Positions 1-64,000 of a stretch of DNA of 64,000 nt are shown here, one piece after another. The notes beneath the pieces are model-generated. The model was not told the origin of the DNA, made no database searches, and saw only the letters and a list, made by a program, of their open reading frames with translations. The DNA comes from Eledone cirrhosa (taxonomy: Eukaryota), in assembly GCA_964016885.1 (NCBI GenBank), contig OZ024740.1, positions 260,152,001-260,216,000 of the forward strand, given 5' to 3'. The translations under genes and the position numbers were made by a program. How positions within the stretch are numbered: position 1 is the first letter of the stretch; each line of letters starts with the position of its first letter.

Positions 1-236
1 TTTGTTAGAGATGCCTACTGGCTGTAGTAGGTTTTACTATGTATTTAGGTAAGGCGGGTCTTCTCTATTACTGAGTACCGCCAAAGGTCTCGGTCCAGTG
101 ACAGTGTCTTGGAGAGGTGTAAATGTGTGAGGTCGGAGTTTATCAGCTCGTCCCAGGTTTTTCTAGGTCTGCCTATTCCGTGGCTACCGTCTATCTTTAT
201 TGCCCTGCACTTTGTTATACAGCTATCGACTTTCAT
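1..236 (-). mobile_element. RTE-clade LINE 3' fragment
   Basis: GRPRKTWDE..DRDLWR C-terminus; near-identical to 7081-7315. Confidence 0.9.
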
Positions 237-394
237 ATTTAATTTAATTATACAAATTTGTATAAAACTGTGATCTTTTAAAGTTCAATAATGTACTTCT
301 CTGAGGTATGTGCCCTGGGTGGCTGCTGAGTTGGCCTTTATGGTAGCATTAATCTTACATATGACAATACCAGTTAATACCAGTTTGACCTAGT

Positions 395-1392
395 TTCACT
401 GTGGTTACCATCAGCTATCATCTTTCAAGTCATTCACCTACCATTTGCCAGATCTCCTTATCAGGTCTGTTTGTATCCCATGATAAACATGCTGTTTCAG
501 ACCTGGACACAATGCAGCAATGGATTACAGACTGGCAACTCAAGCTAGCTGTGGACAAGTGTACCGCCATGCATTTTGGGAGGAAAAACCTAGCTTTCAC
601 ATACTCCCTCCACAACACCACTCTCAAGAAGTCTTCTTGTGAACGTGATCTGGGCATTATTGCCAACAGCGACTTGCGTTGGACAAAGCACATCTGTAAA
701 AGTGTCAAGAAGACCGAGGATGTCTTAGCATCACCCAGTAAGACCTTTGTCAGCCACTCTCCAGCTATCTATTTAAAGCTGTATATAGCTATGGTGCAAC
801 CACACTTAGAACTTACATCACCAATATGGAACCCCTATCTTATTCAGAATATTGATCTCCTGGAAACTATTCAGAGACGTGCAACCAAACAAATACCCTC
901 CATCAGGCATCTACCATACTCTGAAGGCCTTGCTTCCTTGAGCATGGATACATTAAAGCTCTGATGTCTGGCAACAGACTTGGTAAACACCCACAAGATT
1001 ATTAACCATCTTTCCAACAACAACCCTGGGCACGTTTTTGAATTCCTTATGTCTAACACCCATGGACATGCTTACAAAATCAGAAAACAGTACAGCCCCC
1101 ATGATTTTTGGAAACATGTTTTGCTGAAGCATGGAACAAACTACCTGCATCAGTTGTTAGCTGTCAGAACACTGCATCCTTCAAAACTTCCATGCTTCCC
1201 AAAATTTGCCAACACTACACCTGATATTCCCCCTCCATACACACGCATGCATGTGTGTGTGTCTGTGTGTATATCATGACTCATGCACTGTTCACTTTTC
1301 TGACATTTGTACATTATTCTATGTACTATACATGCACCTTTTGATGAGTTGAAGTGCATCTGAGCATTGTACACAATAATGTTCATTATTAT
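395..1392 (+). mobile_element. CR1/L2-type LINE 3' fragment (degenerate)
   Basis: WQLKLAVDKC, ERDLGII, PHLE..PIWNPY, LETIQRRATK; ends in an (ATT)n tail. Confidence 0.85.
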
Positions 1393-2077
1393 TACGGGCT
1401 CGATAAAATAAAGTACCAGTAATGTACTGGGTAATTGCTGGCCTTGTGCCAAAAGTAGAAACAATTATTATTATTATTATAGTCTGACTTAACTCACCTT
1501 ACTTCACTGGAATTAATACACGTAAGAACTGAAAATTAAACCATTAACCCTTTTTAACCAGATCACCTAAAACCACCACTGCTTCTACTGCACAGAGTTG
1601 GCTATTTTAAAGCATTTATCATTATCCTCATCATTTAATGTCCATTTTTGTTGCTAGCAAAGGTAGGACCTCTTTGGTCAGGAGTTCAGTCTTTCTTACA
1701 TTCATTTCTGAATTTTACAGAGTGTACTCGGTGCATTTTATCATGGCACCAACACTAAAGAGGTTGTCATGTCTTTAACATAGCTGAAGAGACCTCTTAA
1801 TTCTTTGTTTGACAAGTTTTCTAAGGCTAGAAGTGGTATTTACAGCTGTTTATATATATATTTACATAAACACTTTCCACCATAATTTCATGTAAGAAAG
1901 AGCCTTTGTTACAATATTTCTAAACAACAGCTTAATCATGAGAAAGTTAGCTATATATATATATATATCTATGCGAGCAAGACAATCACTCTTGCCTCAA
2001 GTGGGACTACCCCCGTCCAAACCCATGCAAGCGTGGAACACGGATGTTAAACGTTGATGATGATGATGATGATGATG

Positions 2078-2108
<31 letters not shown>

Positions 2109-3587
2109 AAGGATGATCAACAAGATTCCAGACAAAGGAAATAGTGTTTCTATTGGTCTTTCCCTTACTGATACTATCTACTGGTTGCAACTCCTGGCAG
2201 AAAGAACAATGTAAAATAAAGTATCTTGTCCAGTCTGGGAATTGAACTTGCAGCTTCATGATTGTGAATCCAATCCTCTAACTACTAAGCCATGCTGTAT
2301 CACTAAATCCTTCTATTTTCATTATTTTCAAAATGATTTGAAAATGAAAGGCAGTGGCTTTAATTAGAAATATTGTAACAAAAGAGTTAAATACATGCCA
2401 GCTCTGATTGAACAGACCTATGATTAAGGAGGTTTCAACCATGACAATCCCATCATATTTCACACTACATCTAAGATGTTATTATCATTTTTAAAAGTCG
2501 CTCCAGGTAGAGCCTCTACTACTCTGATATTATGGACATCTTATTAGAATGTCTCAGGAAAGAATTACTGGATAGGTTTTACAGGCAAAACCAACCAGCA
2601 GGAGACCCAGGGGTAGACCCCGATCAAGATGGTTGAATAACATCTATGAGCTCAGCTGTTGTTGCTTGGAGGATCCAGTCTGATTAATTGGAAATGATTG
2701 CTTCAGACAGACCTGCTGGAATGAGTGTTTGATGGCTCTTCCCTCCACAAACCTCTTAGTATGATATGAAGGAGGTTTGGTTACTATTTCAAGCAGTTCA
2801 AGTGGCTATGTATAGGCTCTTTTCTAGGTTTGTAGAAATGAATAGTGATAGAAGCTAGAACTTGAAGTATGATGGAAGATGTTGACAAAACTTATGGGTT
2901 TTTTTTTGTGGGGGGGGGGGGGGGGGGGGCAACAGGGTTTTTATGAAGTATATTAGGTCTGTGGTGTTATATGGTAGTAAAACACAACTCAATAAAAGTA
3001 TTGAAATATATATACCATACATGCCAGCGTACAAGTTGACATTTGGAGCCCAAAAATATTTTTTCCAAAACCAGAGGTTGACTTGTCTGCCGAATATAAA
3101 ATGTGAACCTTTACCACTGAGGGGTAAACTGTGAAGCTGCTTGCTTAACACTTGTACACCACTTGCCATAACTCTAGCAGCCCACCACACTATTGCCTAC
3201 TGAATCTCATATTTGTTAAGTCTATTTAACGTAGAGATTATAATAATATCAATGACTTTCCGTAGCTCTTAAGGTAAGTTATCATAGGTTCATTAACATT
3301 AGGTTAAGCTGGTTTACTGAGTGAGTTAGAACTCACTTGCGACTGAAGTGTTTTAGAAGAAGTGTCTTACCCTTTAGTGCGCCACTAGATTTTTGAATTA
3401 TTTTCCCTGTAGCTGCCTTATTTTGGGAGTTTGTCTTATCCGGTGAATATAGGCCTAAACCTGAATTACAAAATTTTAGGGGTCACCCTATATGCCGGAT
3501 CGACTTGTATGCTGGCATATATGATATATATATATATGTATGTATATAAACCAATAAAAAAAATATATATATATATATATATATACT

Positions 3588-4490
3588 ATGAGAGTGAACC
3601 TAGCTAAGACAAAAGTGTTGATGAGTAGAAAAGAGGACAAAACTCTGATTCCGTCAGGGAAATGGCCATGTTTGATATGCAGAAAAGGAACTGGCATAAA
3701 TTCTATAAAATGCACACAATGCAGATCCTGGGTACACAAGAGATGTAGTGGGATAGCAGGCAAACTAACAGGTAGGGAGAAATATGTATGCAGTACATTT
3801 ACAGGGAACTTAGACAGTAGAAGTTGCATTGATAGACACATTTTTCAAATGCAGGCGGGTGCTATAGAAGTGGTGGATAGCTTCCGGTACCTAGGAGATC
3901 AGATTAGCATGGGAGGGGGTTGTTCCGAGGCCATAGTATCTAGAATAAGGACGGGTTGGAAGAAGTTTAGGGAGCTGCTTCCTCTGCTGATGAAGAAGGG
4001 TTTCTCCCTGCGTATGAAAGGCCGATTATATGATGCCTGTGTGAGGAGCGCAATGCTGCATGGTAGTGAGACATGAGTAGCAACTGCAGAGGATATGCGA
4101 TGGCTGGAGAGAAATGAGGCAAGCATGTTCCGTTGGATGTGCAATGTCAATGTGCGTGAATGACCTAGCATGAATGTGTTGAGAGAGAAACTGTGTCTGA
4201 GAGGGATAGAATGTAGTGTGCGAGAGAGGAGACTGCGGTGGTATGGACATGTGATGTGCATGGAGGATGACCGCTGGGTGAAAAAGTGCCAGGAAATGCC
4301 AGTTGAAGGAAGACGTGGTAGAGGTAGACCACGACAAACATGGGTGGAGGTGGTGAGAACAGACCTCAGATCGCTGAAGCTCACGGTGGAGATGACGAAG
4401 GACCGTGACAAGTGGAGAGATGCTGTGCTGAATCAGACCTGTCCCACCCTTGCAAGCAGAGAAAAGTGGATGTAAAATGATGATGATGAT
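3588..4490 (+). mobile_element. 5'-truncated RTE LINE
   Basis: VNLAKTKV, C-rich finger, FRYLGD, RRLRWYGHV, (GAT)n tail; same family as 59161-62279. Confidence 0.92.
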
Positions 4491-4497
4491 ATATATA

Positions 4498-4749
4498 TCT
4501 ATATATATAAAAGCAAGTCGGTCTGTGTGTGTGTGTGTGTGTGTCTGTCTGTGTACAAATACTAGGCTCCTTTTAACTTTTGAAGTACTAGGCCAATTTG
4601 GCACGTGCTATTGAGGCGACCTCTCATTGGCTAGCCAATTAGCTGACATAAGCTGACATGCACTCAGAAATTGCTAGCTAAGCCATAAACGACCCTGAAC
4701 AATTCAGGCTGTCATTCATTTTCCGAGCAACGCCGGGTACATCTGCTAG
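4498..4749 (+). mobile_element. non-autonomous Helitron
   Basis: A|TCTATATATATAAAA 5' end, (GT)n, 3' CCGAGCAACGCCGGG hairpin, CTAG|T. Confidence 0.8.
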
Positions 4750-4762
4750 TATATATATATAT

Positions 4763-6722
4763 TGTTATACTTGGGGAGGGTCATATTTGTGTAATATTGC
4801 CAGAATTAATAACAGAACACATTCACTGTCTGGTTGGTTTTCGCTTTTCGCTTCTGTGTCTTTTATATCGGTTAATTTAATTTATTCGGTCCTCAATGTT
4901 GCCATTGACTGACCAACGGTCAAAAATAATACAGATACAATATAGACACAAACACATATATATAGTTTATCAAAGTTCTTTCGTTGCATATCTGCAACAT
5001 CGTCAGTGGTGCTATTGTTTCCTCCCGTTGCATTGTATTTTCTACGCCATCTTTATTTAGTCTGTTTATATATTTATTTATTTGTTTATTTTTTTGTCTT
5101 CTTTGCGCATGCGTTTGCGTGTGTGTATAGTGTTTTGTTTGATGTGTGTTCATGATTGGGTGACTGTGTATTGGTTAATGTATTCTATCTTTACTAGTGT
5201 GTGTTTAGATGTGTTTGTTGTTATTGTGCTTGTGTATGTATTTATTTATTTATCTATTTATTTATTATTTATACTTCTCTTAGGTCAGTGTTGTTTGTTT
5301 GGGTGTTGTTATTCCATTCATTTTTTCTATTTAGTCTTGGCCTTCTAAGTTCTATTTCACTGGCCTCTCTGATTTGCCTATCTGCTGGCTCATTTCTATG
5401 TTTAGATATTATTTTAATTTCTATGTTGTCTATGTTACCATTGTGTTGTTGTCTGGCATGTTCTTATAGTACTGAACCGTTTTTTCGTCCTTTTAGTTCC
5501 CCCCAGTGTTGGTCTATCCATTCACCTATGCTACGAGCTGTCTCGCCTATGTATGTTGTTGTCATGTTTCTGCAAGTACCCTCTGTACATCTTATGCTAT
5601 AGACTACGTTTCTAGTTTTACAGTTTATCCGGGGGTTTACCTTACATATGATACATTTCCTATTAGTACAGTGGGTTTTCTTAAAAGGGTAGGTTTTGCT
5701 GATCAGGGATTTTATGGTGGGTCCTGGCTTTTCTACCACCTTAATCTTTAAGTGGGTCTTTCTCAGGGCCTTTCTACACTGGTTAGCTAATTTCCTTCCA
5801 GCAGTAGCGTCCACACACATGACACTCTGGTATCTTTGGTTGTCGTACCATGAGGTGGCTTTCCCTATCTTATGTCTAGCCCTATCTAAGCTATTCCATG
5901 ATTTGCTCCTGTATAATGGGCAAATTCCTTTCATGTCCAGTTCTATGAGGGTCTTATACTTCTCCGTGGCTCCTTCGTATACTCTGATTCTATCTCTTTG
6001 GTTGTAGCCAGAGAACTGCATGCGGTTGATGACGTGTTGGATGTGTCTTTCCATTTCTGTTGGGTCGCACATGCGGGACACGTTCTTCATCACTCGTACC
6101 AAGTCTGCGATCAGAATATTAAACTTAGCACTACTGGACATTGCTGAGTTTTTAAGTATCAGGTATTTAGAGGTTATGGGTTTAGCATAGTGTGAGTGGA
6201 GAATTGGGCTCTCTTGTCTATAGTGTTAATCCAGAGTTCCGTGTCTAATACAGGTAGTCTATTGTTAGGGTGTTTGGAAGGGTAGTTGATAGTTACAGTT
6301 ATACTCTGGTGTATGGAATTAGCTATCTGCTGGATGCTTTCCATTGTGCTACGTTCTAAATCAAACTTGTTAGTGCTCTCTTGTGGGGGTGTTCTTATAA
6401 CTATATTGATATAGTCAATGTAACGAGAGTACATGATGAGGTCTATAGAGCTCTCAATAAGGAGATCTTTGAGTCTCCTTTCCCACCATACCATAAAAAG
6501 GTTGGCAACGTCACCAGCTATGCTGATGCCAATGGCTACTCCCTCATTTTGGGTGTAGATCTTCTCGTTGAAATTGAATATGTGGTCCTTTAGGGTAGTT
6601 TTGATACTAGCCCCTATTGCATGTGCGACCATTTTTCTTACCTGATCATTGTTTGGGGGGGGGGGGGGGCGTATAGCTTTGGTCCACCCAATCCACCTTC
6701 CCATGGGAGTCTTTTTACCCAT
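4763..6722 (-). mobile_element. Penelope-like retroelement (RT + GIY-YIG endonuclease), degenerate and 5'-truncated
   Basis: RT motifs Q.EGVAIG...ANLFM, YSRYID, LPVLD; GIY-YIG NVVYSIRC..YIGETARS; hammerhead motif in the 3' repeat; flanked by (TA)n. Confidence 0.9.
4969..5010 (-). ncRNA. minimal type I hammerhead motif in the Penelope 3' pLTR
   Basis: ACCA CUGACGA U GUUGCA-GAUA-UGCAAC GAAA GAAC UU UGAU; stem I is weak. Confidence 0.7.
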
Positions 6723-6730
6723 TTATATAT

Positions 6731-8824
6731 CATCATCATCATCATCATCAACGTTTAACGTCCGTGTTCCACGCTTGCATGGTTTTGGACGGGGGTATTT
6801 CCCACTTGAGGCAAGAGTGATTGTCTTGCTCGCATAGGACTGTCTGGCGGGTTTTCTACAGCTGGATGCCCTTCCTAACACCAACCACATTTACAGTGTG
6901 GGGCTGGGAGGTTTTTACCGTGTTGCCTACACGGCTACATTACAGCGTGGACTGTGTGTTTTTTTTGTCGTGACACCTACACGATCTCATTTGTTTCAGC
7001 CTGGATGTTGTGGCACCAACATAACTTTACATTGAAGGGGCGGTGTGGATGGGGTGGGGGTGGTGGGACGGGGGTGTATTTTGTTAGAGATGCCTACTGA
7101 CTGTAGTAGGTTTTACTTTGTATTTAGGTAAGGCGGGTCTTCTCTATTACTGAGTACCGCCAAAGGTCTCGGTCCAGTGACATTGTCTTGGAGAGGTGTA
7201 AGTGTGTGAGGTTGGAATTTATCAGCTCGTCCCAGGTTTTTCTGGGTCTGCCTACTCCGTGGCTACCGTCTATCTTTATTGCCCTGCACTTTGTTATACA
7301 GCTATCGTCTTTCATGCGCATCACGTGACCATACCAACGTAGCCTTTTCTTGAGTAAACAACATCTGATCCCTCTTATTTCTAATTTTTTCCTTAGTTCG
7401 TTTATGCTTTGCCGTTCACGTATATTACTATTACACATCCAGCGGAGCATGCAAGCTTCGTTCCTCTCTAGTCTGCGTATATCCTCTGCACACAATGCCC
7501 AGGTCTCACTGCCATGCAACATTGCTGTTCGTATGCAGGCATCATACAACCTGCCTTTCATTTTTAGGGAGAACCCTTTAGCGGCTAATAGTGGTATAAG
7601 CTCTCTGAACTTTTTCCATCCAGTTCTGACTCTAGCTACTGTACTTACAGAGCACCCTCCCCCACTGCTGATTTTGTCACCCAGGTAACGGAAGCTGTCC
7701 ACTATTTCTATAGAACCCTCTGCGCAGTTGAAAGAGCTAGTATTTTGTGAGCACTTGCTGCTACTTATTGCACCTGAGCACCAGCCACTTATAAAATCTA
7801 TATTCTTAGTTAGCTTACCTGTGATCCCACTACAACTTTTATGCACCCATACTTTGCATTTGGGACATAAAATATAGTTTCTGCCTACTCCTTTCCTACA
7901 CACTGAGCATGGCCACTTCCCGGACGGGACCGCCACCTTATTTTCTTTCTTACAAACTAGAACTTTAGTCTTAGCCAGGTTAATTTTAAGGCCTTTTGAT
8001 TCTAGGCCGTGCTTCCATGTTTGGAATTTCTTCTCTAGCTTGGCCATTGATTCAGCTATGAGTGTTAGGTCATCTGCGTATAGGAGTTCCCATGGGCAGC
8101 CGGTCTTGAACTCCTCTGTTATAGCCTGAAGGGCAATAATAAATAGTAGGGGGCTGAGAACAGAGCCCTGATGGACGACAACTTTTACGCTAAACTCTTC
8201 ACTATGTTCGTTGTTAATTCTAACCTTGCTGACTGTTTCTTTATACATGGCTTGTATAGCTCTCACAAGCCATTCGTCAACACCTAGTTTTCTAAGAGAC
8301 CACCAGATAATGGAACGGGGGACTCTGTCGAAGGCTTTCTCCAAGTCGACAAAAGCTAAGTATAGGGGTTTACTTTTAGCTAGGTACTTCTCCTGTAGTT
8401 GTCGTACAATGAAAAGAGCGTCTGTGGTACTTTTGCCTGACACAAACCCGAACTGCATTTCATCTAGATCAATTCTCTCTCTGATTAGTTGCGCTATTAC
8501 TTTTTCCGTGACCTTCATGACCTGGTCGATTAATTTAATGCCTCTATAGTTACTCCTATCTAGGGCATCTCCTTTACCCTTATAACAGTTAACGATGATG
8601 CTGCTACGCCAGTCCTTCGGAACAACCCCATTCTGTACGACTTGGTTAACTATCCGGGTGACCATAGTGTGTCCCACCGTACCAGATGCCTTCAGCATCT
8701 CAGCAACTATTTCCGAAGGCCCAGCCGCCTAACCCGTCTTCATATCTTTGATTGCCTTACTTATTATACTACCCTCGACTAACACTGCTGGTCCCTCTAT
8801 TGGGTCGATGTGGGGGAGACTGTC
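6731..8824 (-). mobile_element. RTE LINE, 5'-truncated, with a 524-aa open RT ORF (7124-8698) and long 3' UTR
   Basis: NYRGIKL, QFGF, FVDLEKAFDRV, HQGSVLSPLLF, LLYADD; (GAT)n tail at 6731-6749. Confidence 0.95.
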
Positions 8825-8998
8825 TATATATAAATAAATATATCTAGATCCCGAGTTCTGGTTCTCTTCAGGATGACCCCTCCCACTCTTGTTCGAAATG
8901 CATCGATGATTGCCCCTTTGCTTCTGCTGGACACTGCCAGATGGCGATAGCTGAATATGTTCTTGCATAGCTATGGCTTTCTAAATGTTTATTTAGAA

Positions 8999-9324
8999 AG
9001 GCACATGGCTTAGTGGTTAGAGCATTGGCCTTGCAATTGAAAGGTTGTGAGTTCAATTCTCAGACCGGGTGATGTGTTGTTTCCTTGAGCAAGACACTTT
9101 ATTTCACATTGCTCCAGTTTACTCAGCTGTAGAAATGAGATGATAGGGACTGGGGTCCCTATCATTCCACTGTGAAGGTGCCACGGCAAAAAAGCACCCA
9201 GCACTCACTGTAAATGCGGTTGGTGTTAGGAAGGGCATCCAGCTGTAGAAATCAAGCCCGAATCAGTTCCCGTCCCACCCTTGCAAGCAGGGAAAAGCGG
9301 ACGTAAAAATGATGATGATGATGA
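8999..9324 (+). mobile_element. tRNA-derived SINE with RTE tail (near-identical copies at 24059-24400 and 46541-46888)
   Basis: A box TGGCTTAGTGG, B box GAGTTCAATTC; tail CCCACCCTTGCAAGCAG..(GAT)n shared with RTE 4440-4490. Confidence 0.88.
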
Positions 9325-9522
9325 TACCATATTTCTTTAGAAATACAAAATTCCAATACATATATATATATACAACTATACTTGAAGCTAAATCTTACTT
9401 CTAAGTTGAGCCAACTTATACAGGTTCATATGCAAATGAGATTAATCACCTCATTTACACAGACGAGAAAACTATATATTCTCTCCTGTTTTCAATGTCC
9501 AGCAGTTGCAAGAGCAGGAGGG

Positions 9523-9566
9523 ATTGTCCTGATGAGAACTAGCTCAGTTCGAAATGAATCGACAAT
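9523..9566 (+). ncRNA. minimal type I hammerhead ribozyme
   Basis: AUUGUC CUGAUGA GAACU-AGCUC-AGUUC GAAA UGAA UC^GACAAU: intact core, 6-bp stem I, 5-bp stem II. Confidence 0.85.
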
Positions 9567-9794
9567 TGTCCCCCTTGCTTCTGTTGGACACCGCCAGATG
9601 GCGATAGCTGCTGGTGTTTTTGCATAGCTATGGCTTTCTGAATGTTTATTTATAAACATACCGTATTTCTTTATAAATAAGAAATTCCAATACATATGAT
9701 AATAATTGTTTCTACTTTTGGCACAAGGCAAGCAATTATCCCAGTGCATTACTGGTGCTTTAATATATTAAATAATAATTGTTTCTACTTTAGG

Positions 9795-10250
9795 CACAAG
9801 GTCAGCTCGGATTCACTGTTTTTACTTTCGGAAAAAGAAACACCGGATTCATTATCAAATACCACATGCTTTTTTTTTTCAGTTATAGAGTTAGATTTTT
9901 CAAGGTCTTCAGTAGAAAATCCTTCGAATTCTGACTCGCTGCTTGACTGAATGAAATTGGTATCCATTTTTTGTCAGAATTACAAATTTTCAAAACACAA
10001 CAGGAACAAATTTGGAAAAAAATCTCCCAAAATTCACAGAATTAAAATAACACGTCGATATTTGTCCAAAACTGTAGCTCAATTGTTTACGTAGTATAAT
10101 CACGTGTTTTCATGAATGTACTAACGAGATTTGCTTTGATATTCTCATTTAAATATGAATGTGTGAGTACGAGCAGCTTTGGGCGGCTTGGTCACATGAA
10201 CCAAAAATTTTTTCGGGCGGCTTTGGGCAGTTTGGTAACGAAAGGGTTAA
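9795..10250 (-). mobile_element. piggyBac-like terminal remnant
   Basis: TTAA+CCCTTT terminus at 10241-10250, followed by an acidic N-terminal ORF start (SSSESEFEGF). Confidence 0.5.
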
Positions 10251-10284
10251 CCAATATATATAAGCCATATCAAAATGATAGATA

Positions 10285-10471
10285 CTGGGGTGCTGAAAAG
10301 TTCCTAGCTTAAGAATATCATGAAAGGGTAGAGCTGTTACCTTTACAGGGGAGGTAGGACCACTGCAATAAATCTGTAAATCTGAGAGGTGAATATGTTG
10401 AATAAAATCATGATTAACTGATACTCCTGTATTTTCTTATCCCCAAAGCCAGGAACTTTTCAGCACCCTGG
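10285..10471. mobile_element. Tc1/mariner-type MITE
   Basis: ~26-bp TIRs (GGGTGCTGAAAAGTTCCT / AGGAACTTTTCAGCACCC), TA flanks. Confidence 0.8.
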
Positions 10472-10478
10472 TAGACAC

Positions 10479-10516
<38 letters not shown>

Positions 10517-10691
10517 ATGAGAGAAAGAGAGGCTAAAGGGAAAGTAATTGTATGTTGTTGTTGCTACTGTTTCATATACAGTCAGTTTTGTGATTTTGTG
10601 ATTTATGAAACTCAATAAACAATAATTAAAACCAATATTTGATAGTGTTGTTGTTTTAAATAGTGACATTAATTTTGTTGTACTTTAACAG

Positions 10692-63852
<53,161 letters not shown>

Positions 63853-63857
63853 GTAAA

Positions 63858-63895
<38 letters not shown>

Positions 63896-63900
63896 GGCAC

Positions 63901-63938
<38 letters not shown>

Positions 63939-63946
63939 AAGAAATT

Positions 63947-64000
63947 AAAAGATGGTTAAAAGAGTTCCATATATTTTATTATGCGCATTTCAAATACAAA
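63947..64000 (-). mobile_element. start of another copy of the 23351-23680 hammerhead element (cut by the window edge)
   Basis: AAAAGATGGTTAAAAGAGTTCCAT.TATTTTATTATGCGCATTTCAAA after (TA)n. Confidence 0.8.

Noticed and set aside
3250-3280. AAG|gtaagt as the donor of the missing first exon
   Set aside because: The nearby ATG frame hits TAA before the donor, and there is no homology to the N-terminus.
7124-8698. 524-aa ORF as a host gene
   Set aside because: It is an RTE reverse transcriptase lacking its endonuclease, with near-identical fragments elsewhere in the window.
9000-9070. genuine tRNA genes at SINE heads
   Set aside because: A and B boxes are present, but they continue into SINE bodies and no clean cloverleaf is evident.

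Overview
AT-rich, repeat-dense eukaryotic DNA. The RTE LINEs with (GAT)n tails, tRNA-derived SINEs and (TA)n runs suggest a coleoid cephalopod (inference). The window lies almost entirely inside one + strand gene for a C1-tetrahydrofolate synthase (MTHFD1/MTHFD1L family). I traced 21 GT-AG coding exons from 10692 to 63852, which join in frame (2512 nt, about 837 codons). I did not find the first exon, and the last exons lie beyond the window. The formyl-THF synthetase domain is intact, but the N-terminal dehydrogenase/cyclohydrolase domain has lost the NADP-binding and several folate-binding motifs, as vertebrate MTHFD1L has. The introns hold RTE and CR1 LINEs, SINEs, Helitrons, MITEs, a Gypsy-like remnant and a Penelope-like element. 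The most notable unannotated signal is a set of about 13 minimal type I hammerhead-ribozyme motifs in Penelope-type terminal repeats, mostly next to (TA)n tracts. They occur as long palindromes, as a 559-bp retrozyme-like tandem and as U3-A8 core variants, and are concentrated at 20.5-24.0 kb. All coordinates and alignments were read by eye; human residue numbers are from memory.
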